A DNA stretch of 64,000 nt from Pirellulales bacterium (GTDB taxonomy: Bacteria > Planctomycetota > Planctomycetia > Pirellulales > PALSA-1355). The number at the start of each line of letters is the position of its first letter. Within the stretch, counting starts at the first letter, position 1. A model generated the notes under the pieces. It was not told the origin of the DNA. It did not search any database and was given only the letters and a program-made list of their open reading frames with translations. The position numbers were made by a program, and so were the translations under genes. Location: assembly GCA_963733035.1 (NCBI GenBank), contig CAVTBU010000007.1:128001-192000 (forward strand), in the 5' to 3' direction. Shown here piece by piece: positions 10,305 through 20,874 of the stretch.

Positions 10305-11489
10305 TCAAATCCCCTTTTGCTTGGCGATGATGTCGTACATCACTTCGGTGGTGCCGCCGCCGATGCGGTCAAGGCGGATGTCGCGGTAGGCGCGCTGGAT
10401 GGGGTATTTGCTCAGGTAGCCCCAACCGCCGTGCAGTTGCAGGCAGTCGTCGATGATCCGGCAGGCGGCATCGGCGGCAAACGCCTTGGCCATTGCCACT
10501 TCCTTCAGGCTCGGAATGCCCCGCACCACGCGCCAGGCGGTGGCATAGACCAACTGCCGCGCGGCTTCCAGCTCCATGTAGCTCTTGGCCAGCCGCTGCC
10601 GGGTCACCTGCATGTCGGACAGATGCCCGTCACCGTATTCGCGGCCTTGTACATATTGCACGGTTTGATCGAGCGAGATCTCAGCCAACCCGACGCAACC
10701 GGCCGCGATCACGATCCGTTCGTGCTCAAAGCACTGCATGATCTGGTAGAACCCTTTGTTCTCCTCGCCGATCAACGCCGAGGCCGGCAGCTGGCAGCCG
10801 TCGAATCGCAGGTGGCCGGTGTCGCTGGCGCGGCGGCCCAGTTTGCCCTTCATCTCCTCGACGCTAAAGCCGGGCGTCGTCCGCTCCACCAGAAACATGC
10901 TGATGCCCTGGCGGCCCAGTGCGGGATCCGTCTTGGCGGCAATGAAGTACAGGTCGGCAATCACGCCGTTGGTGATAAACATCTTCTCGCCCGAGAGCGT
11001 CCAGCCGTCGCCCTGGCGCACTGCCGTGGTCTTGATGCCGGCCACGTTCGTGCCTGCGGTTGGTTCGGTAACGCCGAGCGCTCCCACTTTGCGCCCGGCG
11101 ATCATGTCGCGCAGATAACGGTCTTTCTGCTCTTGGGTTCCGAAGCGAACCAGGTGCGGCTTGGCAATTTCGTTGTGGGCCCCCAGGGCCATCCCCACGC
11201 CGCACGAACGCGACTTGGAAATCTCCTCGCTCATCACAATTGCCATTCGGCAATCGATGCCCGATCCGCCGTATTCCTCCGGTGCGCCATGCGCCAGCAA
11301 GCCCGCTTCGCCCGCCTTCAGGTATAGGTCGCGCGGCACGCGTTCGGCTTCTTCCCAGGCGTCGGCAAACGGATTGACGTGCTCCGCGACGAATGCCCGC
11401 ACCCGCTGGCGAAAGTCATGATGCCGCGGTTCGAAGAGGAAGTCGGCTTGTTGATCGGACGTCGGGGCAGCGGGCGCATCGGATTTCAC
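10305..11489 (-). CDS. Acyl-CoA dehydrogenase
   Basis: TEPTAGTN, GEKMFITNG, QLHGGWGY, YRDIRLDRIGGGTTEVM. Confidence 0.95.
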   Translation of the reverse strand: MKSDAPAAPTSDQQADFLFEPRHHDFRQRVRAFVAEHVNPFADAWEEAERVPRDLYLKAGEAGLLAHGAPEEYGGSGIDCRMAIVMSEEISKSRSCGVGMALGAHNEIAKPHLVRFGTQEQKDRYLRDMIAGRKVGALGVTEPTAGTNVAGIKTTAVRQGDGWTLSGEKMFITNGVIADLYFIAAKTDPALGRQGISMFLVERTTPGFSVEEMKGKLGRRASDTGHLRFDGCQLPASALIGEENKGFYQIMQCFEHERIVIAAGCVGLAEISLDQTVQYVQGREYGDGHLSDMQVTRQRLAKSYMELEAARQLVYATAWRVVRGIPSLKEVAMAKAFAADAACRIIDDCLQLHGGWGYLSKYPIQRAYRDIRLDRIGGGTTEVMYDIIAKQKGI

Positions 11490-11599
11490 AACAAGGACCT
11501 CCTGGCACGAGGGTTTGGATGGGCGCCTGCTATTACAGCGGCCAGGAGAGTCGCGGTCAAACGATTCGCTGCGCGTTCAAGGAACTTGTGCCTCCCACG

Positions 11600-11842
11600 T
11601 CACATTCCGATGACCCACCACAGCAAGATCACCAGGCACAACACCACGCCCACGATCATCCACCACGGCTTCCGTGCCGCTGGCGCGTCCTCCGCCGAGA
11701 TATATTGCTCGCAATAGGGGCACCGCACCGCATCCTCATGGATCTCTCGCCGGCAATAAGGGCAGGGGACCGTCACATCGTCGTCATCCTCGTCGACGTC
11801 GTATTCGTCGTCGTCATCGTCGAAATCGTCGTCGTAGCTCAT
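11600..11842 (-). CDS. Small acidic zinc-ribbon membrane protein
   Basis: Asp-rich N-terminus, CPYC...CPYC, C-terminal TM helix. Confidence 0.75.
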   Translation of the reverse strand: MSYDDDFDDDDDEYDVDEDDDDVTVPCPYCRREIHEDAVRCPYCEQYISAEDAPAARKPWWMIVGVVLCLVILLWWVIGM

Positions 11843-12000
11843 GGCCGTTAGCGTAACCTGGAACGAAAGGGCAGGAAAGCCGAGCCATATTTGCAATGTC
11901 ATCGAAGCCTGGTTCCCATTGTCCCCAGGCGCACTAGAATACTCTTGGCCTCGTCACCTGCTCTCCATCATTGCATCATGATTCACTGCGAGGATTCTTC

Positions 12001-14069
12001 ATGCGCCGCTGTCTGCTTTCTTTCGTTTGCCTGGGAGGTTTGCTCTTGTCCACCGAACCAGTTGCTGTCGCCGGGCATCCGCTTTCGCTTGCCGACCTGT
12101 TTGCCATGCAGCGGATTTCCGATCCGCAGGTCAGTCCCGATGGCAAGAGCGTGGCCTATGTCGTCGGCGTGGTCGACAAGGAGAAGAATGCCAGTACTTC
12201 CACGATCTGGCTGGCGCCGACCGATGGCGGCCATCCGCGGCAACTGACCGGCGGACCAAAGCACGACAAGCACCCGCGATTCAGCCCCGACGGCACGAAA
12301 CTGTTGTTCGAGTCGGACCGATCGGGCGACACGCAGTTGTGGATACTCGATTTGGCCAGCGGGGGCGAGGCACGCCAGCTGACCACGATTGCCAGCGAAG
12401 CCAGTACCGGCATCTGGTCGCCTGACGGCAAGTGGGTCGCCTTCGTCTCGGCCGTCTATCCCGAGTACTCCGGCCAACCGTTTATCGAAAGCAATGCGGC
12501 TAACAAGAAGCGGAAAGAAGAGATCGAAAAGAACCCGGTCAAGGCGCGGATATTCGACAAGTTGTTCTTCCGCCACTGGGACTCGTGGGTGGAAGGCAAG
12601 CGGCAGCATTTGTTCGTGATGGCGGCCGACGGCGGTGAGCCCCGCGATCTGACGCCCGGCGATTTGGATGCCTATCCCACGTCGTCGACCTTTTCGATGG
12701 GGGACGACTTCACCTTCACGGCGGATAGCTCGGCAATCGTTTACACCGCGCCGGCCGTGCGCGATGAAGCCTGGAGCACGAATCACGATCTGTATCGCGT
12801 GCCGGTAGCGGGCGGAAAGCCGGAGAACCTGACTGCGGATAACCCCGCCGCCGACAGTTGCCCACGCTTCAGTCCCGATGGAAAGTGGCTGGCGTACCGC
12901 GTCAGGCGAAGGCCGGATTCGAAGCCGATCGCTGGCAACTCATGATCGCCCCGTCCGCTGGCGGCACGCCGCGCAGCATCACGGCGTCGCACGACCGATC
13001 GATCGACGCCTTTGTGTGGGCCGACAACGAGACGATCTATTGCACCTCGGAGCGAAACGCGAACATTCCCCTCTGCAAGATCGGCGTGAAGGACGGCAGC
13101 CTCACTGAAGTTGCCACTGGCGGCGTGTTCGGTTCGCCGAGTATCAGCCGCGACGGCCAGCATCTGACCGCGGCGCACGCATCGATGAACGCCCCGGCGG
13201 AAGTCGTGCTGTTCGCTACGGCCAGCGGCAAGCTGCGGAATCTTACCGAGGCGAACCAGGCCCTGCTCGCCGACGTCACCATGAACAAGCCACAAAGCGT
13301 CATGGTAAAAGGGGCCGGCGGCACACCCATGCAGATGTGGATCGTTACGCCGCCCGGTTTCGACGCGAAACAGAAATGGCCCCTGGTCTACCTGGTGCAT
13401 GGCGGGCCGCAGGGGGCCTGGGAAGACGGCTGGAGCTACCGCTGGAACCCGCAGCTATGGGCGGCCCAAGGTTACGTCGTCGCTTTGCCGAATCCGCGCG
13501 GCAGTACCGGGTTTGGTCAGCAATACGTCGACGAGATCAGCGGCGACTGGGGGGGAAAGGTCTTCGACGATCTGATGGCCGGTGTCGATTACCTGGAAAA
13601 GCTGCCGTACATCGACACCACGCGAATGGCCGCCGCCGGCGCATCGTTCGGTGGCTACATGATGAACTGGTTCGAGGGGCACACGGACAAGTTCAAGACG
13701 CTCATCACCCACTGCGGCGTCTACAACTTCGACAGCATGTACGCCACGACCGAGGAACTCTGGTTCGACGAATGGGAGCACGGCGGCCCCCCCTGGGAAA
13801 GCCGCGAGAGCTACGAAAAGTTCTCGCCGCACCTGTACGCCAAGAACTTCAAGACGCCGATGCTGATCATCCACAACGACCAGGACTTTCGCGTGCCAAT
13901 CAGCGAAGGCCTGATGATGTTTACCACGCTGCAGCGCCTTGGTATCCCCAGCCGGATGGTCAACTTTCCCGACGAGGGCCACTGGGTGCTCAAGCCGGCC
14001 AATAGCGAGTACTGGCACCAGGAAGTGTTCGACTGGCTGAAGAAGTACGTGCCGCCGGGACCGAAGTAG
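12001..14069 (+). CDS. S9 family peptidase (acylaminoacyl/dipeptidyl peptidase), apparent frameshift near 12902
   Basis: Signal peptide, PD40-like SPDG repeats; second frame continues QAKAGFEADRWQL to HGGPQG, GASFGG, DFRVP, DEGHW. Confidence 0.9.
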
Positions 14070-14108
14070 TGGCCCGCTCGTCACAGGCTTTGCCCGTCGC
14101 AGCCAATC

Positions 14109-14414
14109 CTACTGCTTGGCCGGCGACTCAGTCGGATTCGACGTGATGACGTGCTTTCCTGCTCGGAGCCGATAGACGCGATGCATCGGCTGCCACGGCG
14201 TTCGGAAAGCCGCGCGAATGCGTTGGGCATCGCCATTAAAACCGGCGGCTTGCAGTTTGTCCGCGGCTTCCAGGGCGAAATCCACCCGGTCACCGCCGAG
14301 GAAAGTCGGATAATCCAACAGGGTCGGCCGGGAATAGGGTGGAAAGTCGTCGTCGTTGGCGGTCGCGGCCGACAGCCATGTGAGTCCCATAAAACACGTT
14401 AGTAGAAATCGCAT
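14109..14414 (-). CDS. Small secreted hypothetical protein
   Basis: GGAGG RBS, signal peptide MRFLLTCFMGLTWLSAATA; motif LEAADKLQAAG shared with the two upstream genes. Confidence 0.7.
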   Translation of the reverse strand: MRFLLTCFMGLTWLSAATANDDDFPPYSRPTLLDYPTFLGGDRVDFALEAADKLQAAGFNGDAQRIRAAFRTPWQPMHRVYRLRAGKHVITSNPTESPAKQ

Positions 14415-14549
14415 TTCGGCCTCCCCAAATCGAAATTCGCTTCGTCACGTGCTTCCGCCTACGCGACGAGGCGACCGGCTCGATCGCGACGCATGCGTAC
14501 CTGAATTGCACCACAGTGGCGGGTGTCAACCAGGCGAGCGAATGCCCGT

Positions 14550-15728
14550 TTAGCGATTTCCTTTCGCGTGTCCGTGCGCCGACGCCGTGACCGGCGGTTG
14601 GGCGGTGACCAGTTCCGGAGTCACCAGCACCATCAACTGCACCTGGTCCGCGCACGCTTCCTCGTTGCACGCCGCGCCCTGTTCCTTCCGCTTTTGCCGC
14701 TGCTGCAACAAGCCGCACAGAACGGTCGTGTGGCCTGGCTTGACCTCGAAGCCGGTATCGACCATCAGCGTTCGCAGACCAGGGACCTTCAGCCCCTGGT
14801 TTTCGGTATCGCGCGACGGGTCGTGTTCGGTGAACTCTCCTCGAAGTCCGACGCGGAGTTTCCCGTCCGCGGCGGGCGTCACGACCGCATCGATGGTGGT
14901 CCCGACATTTCGCAGGGTGTAAGTCAGGGTTCCGTCCGAGTGCGTCACAGGCACTGCAACTTCGTCGCCCACTTGATAGCGCGCAGCGCGGCCAAACACC
15001 GTTCCGACGGTCGGCGCCGAGAGCACTTTCAGACGCTTCTTCTTGCTCAACTCTTGAATCTCACTTGCAATTTCATCCGTCTTGCAGGACGTCAGCCGAA
15101 ACGGTTCCTGGCCGTCCGGTTGGCAATGGGACAGCGCGCGACCTGGTTTCCGCATTTCGGCCACCGGCACCTCGACGAATTCCAGCTTGAGCAGAACTTG
15201 TTGTCGACGGGCAACGCGCGTTTGCAGCGCTTCGATCTCCTTGTGAAGTCGGTCCAGCTCAGCAATCTTTTGCGCCAGCAATTCCGTTCGGACCTGTTCG
15301 GCGCGAACCGCCAATTCCTGGGCTTCGACCGGCAGGCCCGCCGCCAACAAGTGCTCGACGGCCTTGTCCAAATGTTCCAACTGCAGGGCGGTCAACGTTT
15401 CCGCATCGTCGCAACATGCGTCGGTGCAGCAATCGTTGTCGCTGGCCACGGCCTGATCGCAACACTCCGAATGCGGGCAATTCTCGTCCGACGCTTTGGC
15501 GACGCTGGTGCAACAGACGCTGTTTCGGACACCATGAGCTTGACAAGCCGACGCGACGTCCGTAGCCACCGCCTCGGGACAATCGCTCGCAAGCGGACAG
15601 TGCTTCGCCTGGGCGCAGGCCGATTTCTGACACGCCACTTCCTTTGGACACGAAGCACAGGGTTCTTTGGCGCCGCTGAGCGACGGCCACACCAACATTG
15701 CCATCAGTATGAAAGCAGCACAACGCAT
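14550..15728 (-). CDS. Cys-rich N-terminus plus secretin-like (CpaC/GspD C-terminal) domain protein
   Basis: GGAGG RBS, signal peptide; LSAPTV...VGDEVAVPV...NVGTTI...VPGLRT...VKPGHTTVLCGLL...LMVLVTPELV. Confidence 0.75.
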   Translation of the reverse strand: MRCAAFILMAMLVWPSLSGAKEPCASCPKEVACQKSACAQAKHCPLASDCPEAVATDVASACQAHGVRNSVCCTSVAKASDENCPHSECCDQAVASDNDCCTDACCDDAETLTALQLEHLDKAVEHLLAAGLPVEAQELAVRAEQVRTELLAQKIAELDRLHKEIEALQTRVARRQQVLLKLEFVEVPVAEMRKPGRALSHCQPDGQEPFRLTSCKTDEIASEIQELSKKKRLKVLSAPTVGTVFGRAARYQVGDEVAVPVTHSDGTLTYTLRNVGTTIDAVVTPAADGKLRVGLRGEFTEHDPSRDTENQGLKVPGLRTLMVDTGFEVKPGHTTVLCGLLQQRQKRKEQGAACNEEACADQVQLMVLVTPELVTAQPPVTASAHGHAKGNR

Positions 15729-15815
15729 TGAAGCACCTCCATGTTTCGAAGTCTCGGCGTTCCTAGGGCGCAATCACACCACGGGCGTGTCGTGCCATCG
15801 CCGAAAACGGGTTGA

Positions 15816-17399
15816 TTATTTTGATTCGTTGGCTTTCGGGAGCTTGGCCATTGCCGGAGCCGACGTGTCGATCAACTCAGGCGTCACGAGAAACAATGTT
15901 TGCACCTCGCTGCGAACCGTTTTCGTCTCCGTTGTGAACAGACCGACATGCTTTTCGGCCGTCACCCGCTGCTGCACCTGTCCACCCAGGACGGCGGTTT
16001 GGCCCAATTCCATGTCAAAACCGGTTTCGATCTCTTGAACCCGGAGACCTGGGACCTTGATGCCGACGGCCTTCATCCCAAAGTAAGGATCGAGTTGCGT
16101 CACCTTGGGGTGAATTGCCAGGCGGACCCGATTCGCGGCGATGAAATCCAGGGCGGCATCGATCCGCGTGCCGAAATCCTGGAGCTTGACTTCGATAGAC
16201 TTGTCGGGACGCACGACAGGAGTGGCCACGCTACCGCCGCTGGTAAATGATGCCGGTTGACCATCGAGCATCAGAAGGGTCGCTGACGCCAACTCCTTGG
16301 CCAGATTTTGATTCTGGAGCGCTGAAACCAATCCACGGATTCCCTCGGGGTCTCCCAACGTAAGCGTAATTCGTCGCCCCTTAATCGTTTCTTGGCCGTT
16401 CGTTGAATCGCTCGACTCGTTGAAGAGTGCCGCGGCAAAACCGAGATGATTCAAACTCGTCAATGAAACTTCGAGCACCTGGACACGAAGGGCAACTTGC
16501 TTTGATGCAGGTCTACTGACATGCAACTCCTCCAGTTCGCCCTGTAGCCGTGCAAGTTCGGCCGCCTGTTGCTTTACCAGCTCCTGACGTTGTCGTTCGG
16601 CTCGATGGCGAACCTTCTCGGCCTCGTCCAATAGCCCTGCCGCGGCCAGGTGCGTCGCGGCCTCGTCCAAGTGTTCCAACTGCTCGACGGTCATCGTCTC
16701 CTCGTCGGTACAAGTCGACTCAGCGCAGCACGTGCCCGCAGGGCAAACGGCCACGGTCGCGGCGCAGCAGGCGTCAGTAGCGACCTCTTGCTTACAGCAC
16801 TCCGATTGCGGGCACTGCTCATCGGAAGCTGTGGCAACGGCTTCACAGCTTCCTTTCTTGCAGCACTTGCCCTTCGTGCAGTCTCCGGCGACGTCGGTCG
16901 CGAGCGCCTCGGGACATTCACCACCTTCGCAGCACGCTGCGGTTTTGGCACAAACGCCCGCCGACTTGCAGCACGCTTGATCTTCCGCACTCGCACCTTT
17001 GCAAGCGCAAGTCTTGGCCTTCGCGGCCAGCTTGCCGCAGCTCGTCCCAGCGCCGCAAACGACCATGTCGCCGAACATCGCCCCACTGGTCTGGGTGTCG
17101 ATGGAACCGGCTTGGCAGGACTCGCCCTCACATGCTTTGTTCGCGTTGCACGCCTGCCGGGCTCCGCAAGCCTGGACTCGGCCAACAGTCGTCGGGGCTT
17201 CGTAGGCGGCCGCGTCTTGGCAGGCGGTGCCTTTGGCACATGCCTTCGTGTGGGCACGCGCCGTGTGGAACGCGGCCGCATTCGCCGAAGCCGCCGGGCA
17301 ATAGGCCTCTCGTGGACAGGCCGGCGCCCGGTCTCTGCCTTGGCCCAAGCACGGGTATGCCAAAAGCAGCGCGATCAGACATCCGAATGCAATCCGCAT
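15816..17399 (-). CDS. Cys-rich N-terminus plus secretin-like domain protein (paralog of downstream gene)
   Basis: GGAGG RBS, signal peptide, 33 Cys in the first ~230 aa; QVALRVQVLEVS...DFGTRI...VPGLRV...GQTAVLGG...FLVTPELI. Confidence 0.75.
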   Translation of the reverse strand: MRIAFGCLIALLLAYPCLGQGRDRAPACPREAYCPAASANAAAFHTARAHTKACAKGTACQDAAAYEAPTTVGRVQACGARQACNANKACEGESCQAGSIDTQTSGAMFGDMVVCGAGTSCGKLAAKAKTCACKGASAEDQACCKSAGVCAKTAACCEGGECPEALATDVAGDCTKGKCCKKGSCEAVATASDEQCPQSECCKQEVATDACCAATVAVCPAGTCCAESTCTDEETMTVEQLEHLDEAATHLAAAGLLDEAEKVRHRAERQRQELVKQQAAELARLQGELEELHVSRPASKQVALRVQVLEVSLTSLNHLGFAAALFNESSDSTNGQETIKGRRITLTLGDPEGIRGLVSALQNQNLAKELASATLLMLDGQPASFTSGGSVATPVVRPDKSIEVKLQDFGTRIDAALDFIAANRVRLAIHPKVTQLDPYFGMKAVGIKVPGLRVQEIETGFDMELGQTAVLGGQVQQRVTAEKHVGLFTTETKTVRSEVQTLFLVTPELIDTSAPAMAKLPKANESK

Positions 17400-17615
17400 C
17401 GTATTACCTCCATGGTTCCGGCCAATGAAACGCCGTTTCCGCCGAGAGCAGGCGGGCGAGGAGAGTATCGCCGAGCCCCTCGGGCGTCAATTCCAAGCCG
17501 AGGCCTTTTTCGCTCGCCAGCACCGCTACCGGTTCGTTGGTAGCTTGCCGCCTGGCGGGGAGTTACAATCGCGCCGGCCGATCGATTTCTCACCCCCGCC
17601 AGGAGCTTCCCCATC

Positions 17616-18806
17616 ATGCCTCGCCAGCCCGCTGCCTTCCGACTGTATTACTCGCTGCTGCCCCTTCTCGGAGCAACACTCCTGGGCACGAGCCTGTTTC
17701 AGTCCGCCGCCGAGGCCCAGTCGCCCAACGAGCTGCTGGTCTATGTCGGCACCTACAGCGGGCCCAACAGCCAAGGCATCTATGCCTATCGCCTGAACCT
17801 GAAGACCGGCAAGTGCACGCCGCTGGGGTTGGCCGCCGAAGTGAAGAACCCCTCGTTCCTGGCCGTGCACCCAACGCAAAAGTTTCTCTACTCGGTGAGC
17901 GAAATCGCCGATCTCGACGGCAAACCCACCGGCGGCGTCAGTGCGTTCACCCTCGACCGCTCGACCGGCAAGCTCGGCAAGCTCAATCATCAATCGTCCG
18001 AAGGGCGCGGGCCGTGCCACGTCACGGTCGACAAGACCGGCCAGGTGGCAATGGTGGCCAACTATGGCGACGGCAGTATCGCCTCGTTGCCCATCGGCCC
18101 CGACGGCAAACTCTCGCCTGCGGCTTCAGCCATTCAACATCACGGCAAGAGCGTGAACCCGCAGCGACAGGAAGGACCGCATGCCCACTCGATCAATCCT
18201 GCGCCCGACAATCGCTTCGCCGTCGCGGCCGACTTGGGGCTCGACAAGGTGTTCGTCTATAAGCTCGATCCGGCGGCCGGCACGCTCACGCCAAACGATC
18301 CGCCGTCGGTTTCGGTCGCGCCCGGTGCTGGCCCTCGGCACTTCGCGTTTCACCCCTCCGGTAAACACGCCTACGTGATCAATGAGATCGCCTGCACGGT
18401 CACCGCGTTCGACTACGATGCCAAAGACGGCGTACTAACCGAAATTCAAACCCTCAGCACGCTCCCCGACGGCGAGTCCGTGCGACCGGAATACAGTACG
18501 GCCGAAGTGCAGGTGCATCCCGGCGGACGCTTCGTTTATGGCTCAAACCGCGGCCACGATACGATCACCGTTTTTGCCGTCGATGAGAAGACCGGCAAGC
18601 TATCGCAGATTCAGAACATCTCCACGCAAGGCAAGACGCCCCGGGGATTCGGCATCGATCCAACCGGCCAGTACCTCTTGGCCGGCAACCAGGCCTCCGG
18701 CACGATCACCATTTTTCGAATCGACGCCGACAGCGGAAAACTCAAGCCGACCGGGCAGCAGCTGCAAGTTGGCTCGCCGGTCTGCGTGAAGTTTGTCAAT
18801 CCTTAG
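17616..18806 (+). CDS. Lactonase family protein (6-phosphogluconolactonase-like beta-propeller)
   Basis: VYVGTY, NPSFLA, ANYGDG, RQEGPHAH, GAGPRH, SNRGHD; signal peptide. Confidence 0.9.
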   Translation: MPRQPAAFRLYYSLLPLLGATLLGTSLFQSAAEAQSPNELLVYVGTYSGPNSQGIYAYRLNLKTGKCTPLGLAAEVKNPSFLAVHPTQKFLYSVSEIADLDGKPTGGVSAFTLDRSTGKLGKLNHQSSEGRGPCHVTVDKTGQVAMVANYGDGSIASLPIGPDGKLSPAASAIQHHGKSVNPQRQEGPHAHSINPAPDNRFAVAADLGLDKVFVYKLDPAAGTLTPNDPPSVSVAPGAGPRHFAFHPSGKHAYVINEIACTVTAFDYDAKDGVLTEIQTLSTLPDGESVRPEYSTAEVQVHPGGRFVYGSNRGHDTITVFAVDEKTGKLSQIQNISTQGKTPRGFGIDPTGQYLLAGNQASGTITIFRIDADSGKLKPTGQQLQVGSPVCVKFVNP

Positions 18807-18827
18807 CCCACTCGCAGGGTGTTCGCC

Positions 18828-20351
18828 ATGGCTCGCTCTCATCGATGGCCCGTCGGATTGGCAATTGCCGCGCTGGCGCTGGCAAGTTCGCCGGCGGCGC
18901 AAGCGGAAGACCAGTTCGACTCGGTTCGCCAACGCATCACGCGGGCGCTGGTCGACAGTAATCTCCCCTCGATCGCTCTGGCCGTCGTCCACAATGGCGA
19001 GATTATCTGGGAACAAGGTTTCGGGCTGGCCGACCGCGAAAACCGCACGCCTGCCAGTGAGCACACGATGTATTCGGTCGCCAGCGTCTCCAAGCCGGTC
19101 ACGGCCACGGGGCTCATGGTGTTAGTTGAACGGGGACTCATCGACCTGGACAAACCGATCGATGACTACCTGGGCGAAGCCAAGTTGCGGGCTCGCGTGG
19201 GCAATGCCGCCGACGCCACCGTGCGTCGCGTGGCTAACCACACCTCTGGCTTGCCGCTGCACTACCAGTTTTTTTATGAGGATGAGACTTTCGCGCCGCC
19301 CGGCTATGACGAGACGATTCGTCGCTACGCGAACCTCGTTACGGCGCCCGGCGAGCGCTACCAATACAGCAACCTCGGCTACGGTCTGCTCGACTATGTC
19401 ATCGAGCGGATCGGCGAGAAGAAGTACGCCGACTTCATGCGCGAGGAGGTCTTTCTGCCGCTGGGGATGACGCACACTTCGATTGACGTTGCCCCGGGCC
19501 TCGAGCCGCACGAGGCGATCCGCTACACGCCCGAGGGAAAGCGGATCCCGTTCTATACGTTCGATCACAACGGCGCCTCGGCCGTGTATGCGAGCGCCCA
19601 CGATCTGGCCCGCTTTGCGATGTTTCACATGAAGGAGCACCTGGCCGAGCAGCGGCCGATTCTCAGCGACGCTTCGATCGATGCCATGCAAGTGCCGACG
19701 GCCAGCAGCTCGTCCGATGCCGGTTATGGCATCGGTTGGGGCTCGTTCACGAATCAGCGGGGCTACGCCTGCGTGCAGCACACCGGCGGCATGCCGGGCG
19801 TGTCGACCTGCGTGCGGATGGTGCCGGCCGAGCGCTTGGCCGTGGTCGTGCTGGCTAACAGCCGCAGCCCGTTGGCCTATCGGCTCCCCGACCTGATCAC
19901 CGACATCCTCCTGCCGGAGAAACCCGATTCCGAAAAGCAGCCGGCAAGCGACAACACGAAGAAGGACGAGGAAGACGGCGCCGACTCCAAACCATTTGTA
20001 CCGAGCGCCGAACTGGTAGGTACCTGGAACGGCGACATCGCTACGTACGAAGGCCGCACGCGGCTGCGGCTGGTGTTCGAGGATGACGGCGACGTTCACG
20101 TGCGATTGGGCAAGCAGCTTGAAACCCTGCTCAGCAACGTCTCCTATCGCGACGGTTTCCTCCGTGGCCGCTTCGCCGGCAGGCTGCCATACGAGGACCA
20201 TCGAGGCCGCGACTACAACATTCAGCTCGAGCTGAAGCTGCGCGACGACAAACTCAATGGCTCGGCCACCACGCATACGCTTCCCGACGCCTGGGGCAGC
20301 AACGCCGTGACGCATTGGGCGGAAGTAAAGAAGCAGCCAGCATCACGTTAG
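18828..20351 (+). CDS. Serine hydrolase, beta-lactamase class C/AmpC-like family
   Basis: SVSK (SxxK), YSNLGY (YxN), HTGG; signal peptide. Confidence 0.9.
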   Translation: MARSHRWPVGLAIAALALASSPAAQAEDQFDSVRQRITRALVDSNLPSIALAVVHNGEIIWEQGFGLADRENRTPASEHTMYSVASVSKPVTATGLMVLVERGLIDLDKPIDDYLGEAKLRARVGNAADATVRRVANHTSGLPLHYQFFYEDETFAPPGYDETIRRYANLVTAPGERYQYSNLGYGLLDYVIERIGEKKYADFMREEVFLPLGMTHTSIDVAPGLEPHEAIRYTPEGKRIPFYTFDHNGASAVYASAHDLARFAMFHMKEHLAEQRPILSDASIDAMQVPTASSSSDAGYGIGWGSFTNQRGYACVQHTGGMPGVSTCVRMVPAERLAVVVLANSRSPLAYRLPDLITDILLPEKPDSEKQPASDNTKKDEEDGADSKPFVPSAELVGTWNGDIATYEGRTRLRLVFEDDGDVHVRLGKQLETLLSNVSYRDGFLRGRFAGRLPYEDHRGRDYNIQLELKLRDDKLNGSATTHTLPDAWGSNAVTHWAEVKKQPASR

Positions 20352-20352
20352 G

Positions 20353-20769
20353 CTACGGCGTGATCTCCAAATGTACGTCGCCGAGGGGGACGCCGGGGTA
20401 GGGGAGGTCGATTTCCAGTACGTTGTGCAGCTTGAGCTGCCGCGTGATGTCGTGGCGACGCGCCGTCGCCGAATCGGCGGCCACCGAGAGTTGCTCGCCG
20501 TTGAGCCGAACGACACCCCGCTCGTCGAGGCTGGCAAGGACCAGCAGCACCCGCTCGCGCGGATCGAGATTCGTCGGCTGGTTAAACCGCCGCGTCAGCC
20601 GCGCCCGGCCCGTAAAATCGTCGCCCAGTAGCTCGCGGCCGTCGCTGGGCATTTGAATCCGCCCGCCCGCGGGCAGATCCTTGGCAACTTCCTGCTGGCC
20701 GGTCGACGTTACGACCACGCGCGCCAGCGGCGTAAGTTCCCAAGGCCCGCGAAGACGAATCTGGTGCAT
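20353..20769 (-). CDS. Hypothetical protein resembling the GH2 N-terminal sugar-binding module
   Basis: IRLRGPW...RRFNQPTNL...LNG...DIT..L...NVLEI pattern. Confidence 0.6.
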   Translation of the reverse strand: MHQIRLRGPWELTPLARVVVTSTGQQEVAKDLPAGGRIQMPSDGRELLGDDFTGRARLTRRFNQPTNLDPRERVLLVLASLDERGVVRLNGEQLSVAADSATARRHDITRQLKLHNVLEIDLPYPGVPLGDVHLEITP

Positions 20770-20874
20770 GGGGGAGAAGGCAGAAGTAGGAAGGATGAGA
20801 AAGAATCAGCGTCCAACGTAGCGGTGAATCCAAGTCTCACTCATCCTTCATCCATCCGCCATCATCGTTCACTT

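Noticed and set aside
10035..11327. Long antisense ORFs (e.g. 10035-11327, 3452-4789, 31389-32567, 42594-43811, 49978-50868)
   Set aside because: Shadow ORFs opposite well-supported genes, expected in high-GC DNA.
12895..12910. Programmed ribosomal frameshifting in the S9 peptidase (also considered for the Dus gene)
   Set aside because: No slippery heptamer is visible, and similar breaks occur in many unrelated genes.
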